From Puccinia triticina (taxonomy: Eukaryota), in NCBI GenBank assembly GCA_026914245.1, contig CP110440.1, forward strand, positions 372,001-436,000: 64,000 bases of DNA, in the 5' to 3' direction. The translations under genes were made by a program, and so were the position numbers. This document shows, piece by piece, positions 11,802 through 21,699 of this stretch (within the stretch, counting starts at the first letter, position 1; the number at the start of each line of letters is the position of its first letter). The notes below the pieces were generated by a model. The model saw nothing but the letters and a program-made list of their open reading frames with translations, ran no database searches and was not told the DNA's origin.

Positions 11802-14800
11802 TTACTTTTGTTCTCCAGTGCCTCCGCGTGAAAAATAACGCTTCACCTGATCCGCCGAAAACCGCTGTTTAAGCTCAGTTCCATCCAACTCTGCCAGCAC
11901 GTAAGATCCTCCCTGAACTTGCTTCACGACGCGATAGGGGCCGTTCCACCTATGCGCGAAAAGTTGACCCCACTGCACCTCGAGAGACCGATTGTACGCC
12001 AGAACTAACTCGCCCGTCTTGAGAGGTTCCCGCTGATGACCCGCGCGCTTCTCCTCCCAGTACCGCACTGACTCGTCCCTTGATTCCATCATCTTCTTGT
12101 ACGCCTTGCCGCGCGTTTCCTCGCTGCGCTCCAATTGAAGAGAGCGTGCCGCCAACAGATTGCTAGTATTCTTCACAGACTCCCAATCAATGCCCAGGAA
12201 GGATTCCATCTCCAAATCCAAAGGAAGAACGGCTCGCTGCCCAAAAACAAGCTCGTATGGAGAGTAGCCGGTGGTCCGCTTGGTCGAGATTCTATCAGCA
12301 AAGAGCACCAAAGGAAGAAATTTACGGCAGTTCTTGCCAATTTCGCCAGCCAGTTTCACCAGCGCGGCTTTGAGTGGCCCGTGACCGCGCTCAACCATGC
12401 CCTGGCCTTCAGGGTAGTAAGGAGTAGAGACCCGATGCTGTCGGGGAAGTGCGCGCAGCATGTCGGCCAGCGCGCCTCCAAATTCAGATCCGCCATCAGT
12501 CGAGTATGATTGCGCCAGACCGTAGCGCATCGTCCAGTGTTCCTGCAGGAAAGTAGCAACAGCCTCTGAGGTTAAATTATTGAGGATTTTGGCTTCCACC
12601 CAACCAGAGAAATCATCACGCGCAACAATGAGATATTTAGTGCCACTAGCTTTCAAATGAACCGCGTCCATCGAGACGCGGCCAAAGACCGTGGACTCTC
12701 CAGTCGGATAATGAACTTCTTGAGGCCTGCGGAGGTCCCTCTTTTGACATGCGTCGCAACTCTGACACCATTTCGCGACAGCCTGCTTGAGAGAAGGCCA
12801 CCAAAAGCGCTCCACCACGCGGCAATAAGTTTCCGTAGTGCCTCGGTGGCCCAGACCTTCATGGAGCTGAATGAGGATCTCGTCCTGTTTTGCGGGAATG
12901 GTGACGACAATCTTTGGCAGAGGGCTTCCTCTCTTCATGAGGCGTCCAGACTGTAGAAAGAATTCCGACGATCTGCGCTTTAGAGCGCGAAACTCCTTAG
13001 CATTTAACCCAGCTGGCTTCATAAGAGTGGCTAAAAAACTTTCCATTACGCGCCAATAGCCCTCCTGAAACCCCGTGTATTCTCGCGAACCAGCCGCGTG
13101 GGCGTATCGTGGTCGGATAAGCGGATCCTCCTCATCGAAATCAGACTCCGGGATGGATTCATCGTCCTCCATAGGGCGCCGCGACAAGCCATCGGGCATG
13201 GTGAACGATTTACCAGGCCTATGCACAATATCAAAAGAAAAGAGCTGGATGAACGCCACCCAACGCGTCATCGGAGCGTTGGGTAAACTCGGGGAATTGA
13301 TCATCTGAATGAGTGAATGTGCGTCGACTTGAAGCTCAAAGTGCTGCCCCCAGAGGACAGTCTGCAACTTCTTGAGGATCCGCGCCACGCCGCACAACTC
13401 GAGCTTGGGCTGGGAATACCGCGACTCGACATCGGAAAAGAGAAGGGATTCATAAAGAGCCGGCCTGTCAAGTCCATTCGCGTCTTCTTGAGTCAGAACT
13501 GCGCCTGCCGCGTGAAAACTCGAGTCTACCGCCAATTTGATCTTGCCAGCCTCCGGTCCGTATTGAATTTTGACCAAGACAATATCGTGACCCACTATAA
13601 GCTTGAGCTTCTGAAACGCGGCGTCACACTCAGCCGACCATATCCAGTCGGCGTCTTTCCGCGTCAGGCGCCGTAACGGTAAACAGATTTCAGAGAGTGA
13701 AGGAATGAATATCCGGACGTAGACCACCACTCCTAGGAAACCACGAATCTCGGTTGCATTGGCTGGCGTGGGCCAGGAAAGGATCTTGTTGACCTTTGTC
13801 TTCGCCATCCGCCGACCTTCCTTGCACACAACGTGCCCCACAATCTCGAGGGCCGGAACGCAGGCTGCGAGCTTGGACGCAGAAACAGTGAGACCACTCT
13901 CTTCAATCCAAAAAAGAACCCGCTCCAGCGTCGTTGCGTATTCCCAGATAAAACAACAAATTCCGGAGTGCCACGGAAGAACTTCATTGTCATAGTCAGA
14001 TACCGGGCCCTTGATGCCGCCGTTGTCAATGAAAATCCCAGCGTGATCGGGGATCTCCTCCTGGAGGATCCACATCATCTGGGCTTGATAAACGGCCACA
14101 GAGTTTGTGGCACCCTGAGGCAGACGGGTGAGTTGAAAGCGCCCCAAAGGCGTGTCGAAAGTGGTTAGGGGCCTAGAGATAGGGTCCAGCGCGCGCTCAT
14201 CGTAGCCGCCCATGATATCACCCAGACCATAACAAGCGCGTCCGGCGAAAGACTCCACGAAATCCTCCGTCGCCGGCGGCACTCCCGCGTCTTTGATGGT
14301 GACCTTGTTCAAAGGTTGAAGATCATGAACCACACGTAGCCTCCCATTGCTCTTGAGTACGCAAAATACGGGGGATGAATAGCTAGAAGTAGATTGCTCA
14401 TAAAGACCCGTTTCGACGCGCTCGCAGATTAATCTGATGAATTCATCTAGCTTGGCCGCCGGTATAGGGATCCTTTTCTTCTGCCACGGCTTGTGCTCCA
14501 CCACAGGGATAATGTAAGGGAGCCCGTATGAATCTTTCAAAAGACCACGCTCCTTTTCCGTGAAAGCGATCGCCAGGTTGCGTTCCGCCAGAACATTACG
14601 GATCAAGTTCAGCTCGTCAGGCCACAGCCAGCCTGCGGGTCCGAAATTTACCATCTCAAGCCTCTCGGAAGTAACGCGGCCACGCGGCACAAAAGGTCCC
14701 GCCAGTGATCGCGGAAGGGGTCGATAAGGATCACGCGACAGAGGTGGTCGACTCAGAGGGGGGTTCAGACCTTGCGGCATGGCCTGATTGACGGGCTTAA

Positions 14801-15791
14801 CCTTCCTTGAAACCGGCTTGTACTTCGTCGCGAACGTGAGAAACTCGCCGCGCGTCCACGTGTCCAGCAGCGCGACTTGCTCTTGAAACTTCAGGCCATG
14901 CTCCATCAACCTGTACGTGCGATGCTCGGTGCGATCTTCAAAGGGCGCCTTATCTGCGAAAGAAAAACGGGGCGAATGTCCTTTGCTCACAACTGTGGCA
15001 CGCGGTAGGGTACGACAACTAGGTGTAGCATCACGCTCCGGAGGTGCACTTTGGTTGGAACTTACTTTCAGTCCAAAGTCCCTCCACGGTGCCCCAAATT
15101 CCACCTCACCGCCCTCACAAGATAAAGAAAATCGTAGATTCACCTCATTGCGGAGGATCTTTAGTTTTTCCTCGTTGCGGAGGCTCGGGAGTTTAGGCTC
15201 ATCGCGGAGTCTATCTAGATTAATCTCATTGCGGAGAACGCCATAGGACGTATCTAGTTTATTCTCTTCGCAGAGACGGGATTGAGACGCTAGTTTATTC
15301 TCGTTGCGGAGACGAGTTTGAGAAGATTGGAAGTCGCCTAAAACGGAAGATAGAGACAAACATCCGGCGAGGCTCACAGACGTGGCATGTAATGCTAATG
15401 ACGACGTAGTAGAACCCTGGGAGGTGCATAACTGGGAGGAACTTACTTCCTGTCTCCCAAACCTCCGCGAATTCCCCATATCCTCCATTCCACCCTGCTC
15501 CAATAAACCATCGCCGAAAGAAAACGCGCCAAGAGCCGCGCCAGAGAAAGGAAAAGAACCGTGAGAAAGAACGCCAAGAGAGCCGGAAAGAAGAAGTGAC
15601 CTGAGATCTGAAGATATGTTTTTGAGAGGTTTAGTGTTTTCTTCATGTTTTTTCGATTTGATATTTTGATTATTGGACGAGAAAATAGAACAAGGCCGGT
15701 GAATCTCTTGATGATGAGTTGATCCAGCGGCGCGTGGGCGAGATCCTAGATTAACACGGCCGCTTGACAGATCAACTTTACTCATAAAAAA
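11802..15791 (-). CDS. pol: Pol polyprotein (spacer-RT-RNase H-integrase), in the -1 frame relative to gag-pro
   Basis: RT motifs SSPVFCVLK..LRVVHDLQPLN, LPQG and FIDN (YxDD degenerate). RNase H AVDSS..SQPKLELC..QVDAH..PDGLSR. Integrase H..GH..CDAC, SMDAV..STDGGSEF..GMVER, and GPY motif RWNGPYRV. Confidence 0.93.
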   Translation of the reverse strand, partial: FFMSKVDLSSGRVNLGSRPRAAGSTHHQEIHRPCSIFSSNNQNIKSKKHEENTKPLKNISSDLRSLLLSGSLGVLSHGSFPFSGAALGAFSFGDGLLEQGGMEDMGNSRRFGRQEVSSSQLCTSQGSTTSSLALHATSVSLAGCLSLSSVLGDFQSSQTRLRNENKLASQSRLCEENKLDTSYGVLRNEINLDRLRDEPKLPSLRNEEKLKILRNEVNLRFSLSCEGGEVEFGAPWRDFGLKVSSNQSAPPERDATPSCRTLPRATVVSKGHSPRFSFADKAPFEDRTEHRTYRLMEHGLKFQEQVALLDTWTRGEFLTFATKYKPVSRKVKPVNQAMPQGLNPPLSRPPLSRDPYRPLPRSLAGPFVPRGRVTSERLEMVNFGPAGWLWPDELNLIRNVLAERNLAIAFTEKERGLLKDSYGLPYIIPVVEHKPWQKKRIPIPAAKLDEFIRLICERVETGLYEQSTSSYSSPVFCVLKSNGRLRVVHDLQPLNKVTIKDAGVPPATEDFVESFAGRACYGLGDIMGGYDERALDPISRPLTTFDTPLGRFQLTRLPQGATNSVAVYQAQMMWILQEEIPDHAGIFIDNGGIKGPVSDYDNEVLPWHSGICCFIWEYATTLERVLFWIEESGLTVSASKLAACVPALEIVGHVVCKEGRRMAKTKVNKILSWPTPANATEIRGFLGVVVYVRIFIPSLSEICLPLRRLTRKDADWIWSAECDAAFQKLKLIVGHDIVLVKIQYGPEAGKIKLAVDSSFHAAGAVLTQEDANGLDRPALYESLLFSDVESRYSQPKLELCGVARILKKLQTVLWGQHFELQVDAHSLIQMINSPSLPNAPMTRWVAFIQLFSFDIVHRPGKSFTMPDGLSRRPMEDDESIPESDFDEEDPLIRPRYAHAAGSREYTGFQEGYWRVMESFLATLMKPAGLNAKEFRALKRRSSEFFLQSGRLMKRGSPLPKIVVTIPAKQDEILIQLHEGLGHRGTTETYCRVVERFWWPSLKQAVAKWCQSCDACQKRDLRRPQEVHYPTGESTVFGRVSMDAVHLKASGTKYLIVARDDFSGWVEAKILNNLTSEAVATFLQEHWTMRYGLAQSYSTDGGSEFGGALADMLRALPRQHRVSTPYYPEGQGMVERGHGPLKAALVKLAGEIGKNCRKFLPLVLFADRISTKRTTGYSPYELVFGQRAVLPLDLEMESFLGIDWESVKNTSNLLAARSLQLERSEETRGKAYKKMMESRDESVRYWEEKRAGHQREPLKTGELVLAYNRSLEVQWGQLFAHRWNGPYRVVKQVQGGSYVLAELDGTELKQRFSADQVKRYFSRGGTGEQK
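15717..15791 (-). promoter_or_regulatory. -1 programmed ribosomal frameshift signal
   Basis: Slippery heptamer T-TTT-TTA (15791-15785) immediately before the gag stop. A 7-nt spacer is followed by a stem-loop AGTTGATC..AGCGGC-CGTG..CACG-CGCCGCT..GATCAACT (15777-15717). Confidence 0.8.
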
Positions 15792-17917
15792 TGACGCCCT
15801 TCGACAGGGTCGTCGCGCGCCGTGCTCGAGCGCGTCAGGACCGCCTTCTTCCCATTGCCAGGAAATTCGCGCTCCCATCGCCCAGAGTCCGTCGCGCAGA
15901 GGGAAACTTCAATGCGCCTTCCCGTCGAATCTGGGAGCAAAATCCTCTCGCCAACCTCCGCGGAAAAACTGAGGGTCGCGTCGAAATCCATGAGAAAGGG
16001 ACGGCCAAGAATCATGGGTCCGGCCATCCTCGTGATCCAAAAGTGACAGGTGCCCACAATCGTTTTCCCGATGCGAAGCGGAACATCCTCCGCGACGCCG
16101 ACCAACTCGCAGGCCTGATTGCCTATGCCATACACAGCAGAAGTGAAATTTACACGCGGGCTAATGTTGAATTTGTTAGCCATCGCGTCCGAGATTAGAT
16201 TCAATTGAGAACCAGAATCTACAAGAGGGGAAGCGGTACTCTCCTCGTCTCCTACCAAGCACGGCAAGTAACCTAGCGGGCACGAGTAGAGCCGCGGCTC
16301 GAATCCGTTCGCCTTGAAATCCACGCCCTCAGCCAACGTACTGGAGGAAACCTTCAGCTCCTCGGATCCAACCTCGACGCGCTTGCGCGATACCCATCGC
16401 TTCATGCCTTCTGCAACAGAAGGCGCCACCGCTAAAAGCTCCGAAACTGACAGGTCTGGAACCTTGAGGCCGGAAATCTTCTTGAGCACGCCCTCGACTG
16501 CGTTAGGATGATCCTTGGAGATACCACGCTCGAAGCGCACCTTGGGCGCAGCACTAGCCGGCTTGGCTGGCTGCTCAGAAGCGGGCTGCTCGACGGGAGA
16601 AGGGTCCACGACTGGAGAGGCAGGCACCCTCTCAAACAGTTCAGCTTCCATGTCTGAATCATCTCCATCAGAGGTGGAGTTACGCGCCAGGGATTTTTTT
16701 ACAGGCTTCCGTGCAGCAGAAAGGGGAACTACAGGCGCCTTATAAGGCTTCGGCGCCTCGTGTTTCTTTCGTGCCGGGTCCGCCTCGTAGGATCCGGAAA
16801 AAGATTGAGAGGTGACAGCTGGGGGATACCAGGGATCGAGAGAGCCGCATGTAGCGCGAAACTCTGGCGTCACTACGCTAGCGGTTGGAGGAGGTTGAAA
16901 GGAGGCGACCACGTGTCGTATGGGCCGAGAAGAATCGAAAGGAATGAGTGCCCCATTGGGCAGGAAGAAATTGTTGCCTTTCTGTTCCACCAGATTGGCC
17001 TCTTTATCCTTCTTGAGCTCGAAACAACGCCCAGTGCCGTGTCCTTCGCGATGGCAGTAGTAACAAACCAAAGGGCCGCGCTCCGAGGGCGGTACCTTTC
17101 CAGAGGGTTGAGAAGACTGAGCCGTGAATTTCTGCTCAAGGCGCTGTTCAAATGACTGCAGCATCTGCGAAATCTCGTCGACGGTGGCTGGAGCTTTTAC
17201 GGGCACAATTGAACCTGTGGGGCGTCGATCTTGCTCCATCTTCTGCATGACATCATTACCCTGCTTGAAAGGGCCAACGGGAACCGACGTTGAGGTCTTG
17301 GGATCTTCAAAAGTGAGAGCCGTCTGACCCTTCATCACATCCGCGACCGCTTCCTTCAGGATTTCAAAGGAGGGCAGCTTGAACCTGTTGTCGAGGGTGG
17401 TGATCATGGTCTTCGCCTTGATGAGGTGATCGCGGACGCGCTCCTGAACGCCAGCAGAGAAGGACCGGTAGTAGAGCGTCCTCACTTCCTCCACGGAGTC
17501 GATGTGAGATTTGCGCAACAAGTAAGATTGGATCGGCTCCCAGACACGCCGAAAGTCTTGATAATCGACAACGGAGGAGACGCCTCCTTTCGCGGCCCAC
17601 GAATGAGTCAAAGCCTCCAAATCCGGCAGCGTAAAGCGCGCCGTGTCGACCTGACCCCAGTACGCAAGCATGGAAGCATTGAGAGAGGACCAAACCGGAG
17701 GATCGTAACCGTCTAGGGTCTCCAACACGTCCTTGACTTCGGCCTTGCGCACGAAAAACCTCACTTGTTGCGCCATGTCGAATTCTGACGCGCCATCCAA
17801 ATCCGCGGCCAACTGATAGTCCGACAAGAAACGTTCGACATGTGTACCATCGAAACCCAAAGCCTTATCCTGTGGCTTGATTTTCACGCGTCTCACGCCA
17901 CCTCCTGCATCGGCCAT
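15782..17917 (-). CDS. gag: Gag-protease polyprotein
   Basis: First ATG at 17917 (MADAGGG). CCHC knuckle CYYCHREGHGTGRC; aspartic protease LVDSGSQLNLI ... ILGRPFL. Confidence 0.92.
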   Translation of the reverse strand: MADAGGGVRRVKIKPQDKALGFDGTHVERFLSDYQLAADLDGASEFDMAQQVRFFVRKAEVKDVLETLDGYDPPVWSSLNASMLAYWGQVDTARFTLPDLEALTHSWAAKGGVSSVVDYQDFRRVWEPIQSYLLRKSHIDSVEEVRTLYYRSFSAGVQERVRDHLIKAKTMITTLDNRFKLPSFEILKEAVADVMKGQTALTFEDPKTSTSVPVGPFKQGNDVMQKMEQDRRPTGSIVPVKAPATVDEISQMLQSFEQRLEQKFTAQSSQPSGKVPPSERGPLVCYYCHREGHGTGRCFELKKDKEANLVEQKGNNFFLPNGALIPFDSSRPIRHVVASFQPPPTASVVTPEFRATCGSLDPWYPPAVTSQSFSGSYEADPARKKHEAPKPYKAPVVPLSAARKPVKKSLARNSTSDGDDSDMEAELFERVPASPVVDPSPVEQPASEQPAKPASAAPKVRFERGISKDHPNAVEGVLKKISGLKVPDLSVSELLAVAPSVAEGMKRWVSRKRVEVGSEELKVSSSTLAEGVDFKANGFEPRLYSCPLGYLPCLVGDEESTASPLVDSGSQLNLISDAMANKFNISPRVNFTSAVYGIGNQACELVGVAEDVPLRIGKTIVGTCHFWITRMAGPMILGRPFLMDFDATLSFSAEVGERILLPDSTGRRIEVSLCATDSGRWEREFPGNGKKAVLTRSSTARDDPVEGRHFL

Positions 17918-18154
17918 CGCGACTGACTGAAAAATGCGGCCTGGAATCGAGAGAGAAAGCGCTTCCGAGGGGCTCACAATTGTGGCAATGTAATGCTTTG
18001 ACACAAGCGTAGAAAAACCCTAGGAGGTGCACAATTGGGAGGACTTACTTTTAGTCTCCTGTGCCTCCGCGACCGAACACTAAAAAAAAGAAAAGAAAAG
18101 AAATCGAAGTTTGAAGAGTTGACCGCCAAGCGTCTCAAAACCGTGAAAATCGGC

Positions 18155-18203
18155 GAGACTGTAAATCTTGAGGTCGCTGGTTTGATCCCGGCTCGGGGGA
18201 CCA
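18155..18203 (-). promoter_or_regulatory. Primer-binding site, extended, complementary to the 3' half of mature tRNA-Tyr(GTA)
   Basis: The + strand reads GAGAC-T-GTA-AATCTT-GAGGTC-GCTGG-TTTGATC-CCGGC-TCGGGGG-A-CCA, 2 nt from the LTR. Confidence 0.88.
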
Positions 18204-18205
18204 AA

Positions 18206-19046
18206 TGTGGAACTCCGTCCGTGCCAAGCGGCGGCAGTTGTTGGAGGGGAAAAGTTTGGGGGAATGCCCTCCGGGAATTGGTCGCTGAAAAAGTGGGGGA
18301 ATCTATGAGCGATGGGGTATGGGGGTGTTTGATTTACAACGGCGTTGAGCGCGCGTCGGCGGGGTTGTGAGTTGAAAAGGGGAGGAGGAGAAAACTGGGA
18401 AGAATGAGGGAAGTTTGGGGATGTCGGGGTCGTCGAAGTGCGCTGGAAAGCGGGGTCAGGAAGAATGAGGATCGACAAGAAAACGCCACGTGCGTGATGA
18501 AAGAGTATCCCAATTGTTGGGATGGATAAGGCTCAGAAGGCGCTCAGAGTGCACTGATAAGGTGATCGGTAAAATTTTTGATAGGAAAATTATGGTTCAG
18601 AGTCTTCCCATGCTGTCCCATCATCTGAGTTTGAACTGAACTCAGACTCCGGGCGCAGCACGCAGCGGGACCTTCATCATACACCCACGCATGCAACAAA
18701 ACAAAAAAAAAGAGAAAACAGACAAAAGGAAACAAAACCAAAACAAAAACCCACACATAAACAAAACACAAACCAAACCAACCCAGCACATAGCACAACC
18801 ATCCAACACGCGCTTATGAGAAATGAAACAAACAACTGAGAGCAAAAAAATAAAAGAAAGAAAGGAAACAAAAGAAAAGATCCAAAACCAATTGTAGAAA
18901 GGGAACCAGCACGCCAAAGATCCGGAAAGATTGAGTCCTGAAACGGGTTACATCCGGGAAAATTGATCCTCCACGCGTCTTGATGTCTTCCGCGCGCCGT
19001 CGCGAGTTTCGAAGTTGACCCCGCGTGTACAAGATTGAACACCACA
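18206..19046 (-). repeat. 5' LTR
   Basis: 841 bp; followed on the minus strand by TT-TGG PBS. Confidence 0.95.
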
Positions 19047-21699
19047 CCGGTCATTGAGAGGTTGTAGGCTCTTTGATGGCCGTCTGAACGGTCATCGAGA
19101 GGTTTTATCCTCCTTGATGGCCGGCTGACCGTTCATCGAGAGGTTTTAGGCTCTTCGATGACCGGCTGAACGGTCATCAAGAGCTTTTATCCGCTTCAAT
19201 GACCGGTTCAGCCGCTCATTGAGAGGTATCCTCTTTGATGACCGGCTGACCGGCGGGTACCCGTCCAGGTACCTGCCGTCCTTCCCACCAGAATTCTGGA
19301 CACCCGCACCCGCACCCGGCACCCGCCGGCGGGTACCTGTAGGGCCAAATGGGTACCTGCCAACGGGTACCGGGTACCCGGCAACGAGTACCCCTTTGCA
19401 CTCTTAATGACCTGTACAGACAGGTCATTGAGGGGGGAGCACTCGGCCATTGAGTGGGGTATGTACTCCACTCAATGGCCATGGAGCGGCATTAAACCCC
19501 AGAACGCCGCTTGATGGCCGGTCATTGAGTGGTGTGCACAGGACTCGATGGCCGGTCATCATTAGTGGAGTACACACCCCAGTTGATGCCCGGTCATTGG
19601 GTGGGATGTATATTCCGCTTGATTGCCGTTCATCAAGCGGAGTGTGTACTCCACCCGGTGGTTGGCCATTGATTGGAGTGTGGGTTGAAGAGATCCACCC
19701 GGCCAGTTGAGGAGCTTATTACATAAGCCTATCCGAGGAGGCGCTCAGTGTAGGACTCCCGGTTGTCACACAAACGTACAGGCGTACGTTAGTGTGACAC
19801 ACGCCAATTCAAGTCAACTGCTTCAAAACCAAAAGAAGTCAAAAATTTAATTCAAAAAATTACGATCTACTTCTACAATAGACAGAAGTCTGAAGAGGAA
19901 AAAAAATACTAACACAACTTGGGAAGACAGCAATTCCCAAATTCCAGACTAATCAACAGTAGTTCAGGCTCAAACTTTGAAGCAATGTCAATTGTAAGTC
20001 AGATATGTTATTTTTTTCTTTATTTAAAAATATTTCTTGAATCAGGGAGAAGAAAATGGTGCAGTAAACCAGAAAAAATGTGAAAAAATGTGATCCTTCT
20101 GGAAAGACAGTTTTTTATAAACTTGGCATCTAATTCACTACACAACAACTCACGGATTCAGAATTCACGCCTTGAGTATCTTGAAAATTGTTAATCCTCA
20201 TTCTGAATTGAATCAATCCATATTTTTTTTCTGAAAGATCCATGTGCAGTGGAAGTTGGAATTCAGGGTGATTGAACATGCCTCAATTCACTTTTGCATG
20301 GCTTGCCCTTAAATCCCCACCAAAAAAAGAAAATTTGGAAAATTTGCTTCAGGGAGCCAGTTACGGCACAAAAAAAGAATGTGCAACTATATTCCAAGGT
20401 GGCTACACCACCCACTTCCAAGGGTGTAAATTTTATATGTTGCCATTTCAAGAATCAACCAGCAAATGGTAGAGCCACTCCACCTCATACCCAAAGCCCA
20501 TTTCTGCCAATAAATTAGAAGAGAGATCTCACATCCCTGATCATTTTAAATGGACTGAATTGGGGATTGCCAATGCATGCATTCATCATTCTCAAATGGA
20601 ACTTAACTATGAAATTTTGAAATGGTCTGCTTCAATTTAAACACAGGCTCAGCCACTACCAGCCAGATAAAAAAAGATACTATCTTTAAACATCAGCACC
20701 ATTCAAAGACCCCATTCCGCCCAACAAACTTGAAGTAAAAATTTGAATTCAAAATCAACTTGCATGTCAACTCCCTCTTCTACCCAACATATAAATCAAT
20801 CACAACCAGATTTTTGAGTCTTGTACAAATTCTTTCCTTGAATCCAAGTGAACATAATGAATTTTTTCCAGAGACACATCTTGCTATATGTTGATTCAAC
20901 CATTGAAAATCTCAGAAATGGGGAACTAGATCACTTCTGGGATGTTGCTTTTGACTATGAATCACAGGTTGTTTGTTTCCATGCATTTTTGTGTCACATT
21001 TTCAGTAACCATATTTTCATCCTCAATAAGTGTTGCCTAATTGTATCTAAGCCTTGTGATTTTTTGCTGCAATCTGTTCATTTAACAGCTAACCTTGAAG
21101 AATCAGACAACCAACTTGCAACCAAAAAAAAATCATGGGGATACACCAGGGAAGAAAGTGTGGCACCCTCTAGAGAGTGCCAAACCGTGACTTTCATCTA
21201 CAACACTGGGCAATGTCAGCCGTAGCAGCATGTACAACTCATGCATGTGTCAATGTTGATGTAGTGTTGGGTGCAAGCCAATTGTGACTGCCTGACTGCC
21301 TAATTGTATGCTCAAGTTTGACATAGCTGTATCACCCTGGCAGACCAGTGCAGCTCAGAAAGCTGCAGATTTTGAATTGACAGAGAGTTTTGAGCTTTGG
21401 CATGCACATCTTGTTCATCACATTTCTTATGTCAACCAACTCGTACAATATACAATCTTCTAGTACTTATTGGCTGTTGGAACCAGCAGGGCTGGTTGCA
21501 GAAGTTGCCAAAACTCAAAATCACTTCGCAAACTTGCTGACAGACTTATGATAATATTCAGGATTGATTTCTGCCAGGTGAGGTTGAAGTGCCCAGTGGC
21601 AAGTAAATCCAGCCATCCGTGGGTTTGGCCACACATTTAGCGCAACCAACTGCCATTTGCTCAGTCTCTACTCCGCAAATGATGATGGTGAAAGTTCAT

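Larger units (their letters stand above)
10764..19046 (-). mobile_element. Full-length Ty3/Gypsy LTR retrotransposon (8283 bp)
   Basis: Two 841-bp LTRs with TG..CA ends, PBS, PPT, gag-pro and pol in RT-RH-IN order. CCGG duplicated at 10760-10763 and 19047-19050. Confidence 0.97.
10333..19404. mobile_element. Non-autonomous hAT-like MITE (~0.8 kb) split by the Gypsy insertion
   Basis: Left end TAGAGATGGCATATGG, right end ...CCTTTGCACTCT. CTCTTAAT occurs at 10325-10332 and 19401-19408 (8 bp, overlapping the damaged right TIR). GGGTACCCG / CACCCGCACCCG subterminal motifs occur at both ends (10350-10490, 19253-19385). Confidence 0.55.

Noticed and set aside
12135..17716. Plus-strand ORFs antisense to gag/pol
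   Set aside because: Shadow ORFs of GC-rich coding sequence; no independent evidence.
18155..18203. tRNA-Tyr gene
   Set aside because: The 5' half (acceptor 5' strand and D-arm) is missing, CCA is encoded, and it abuts the LTR, so it is a PBS.
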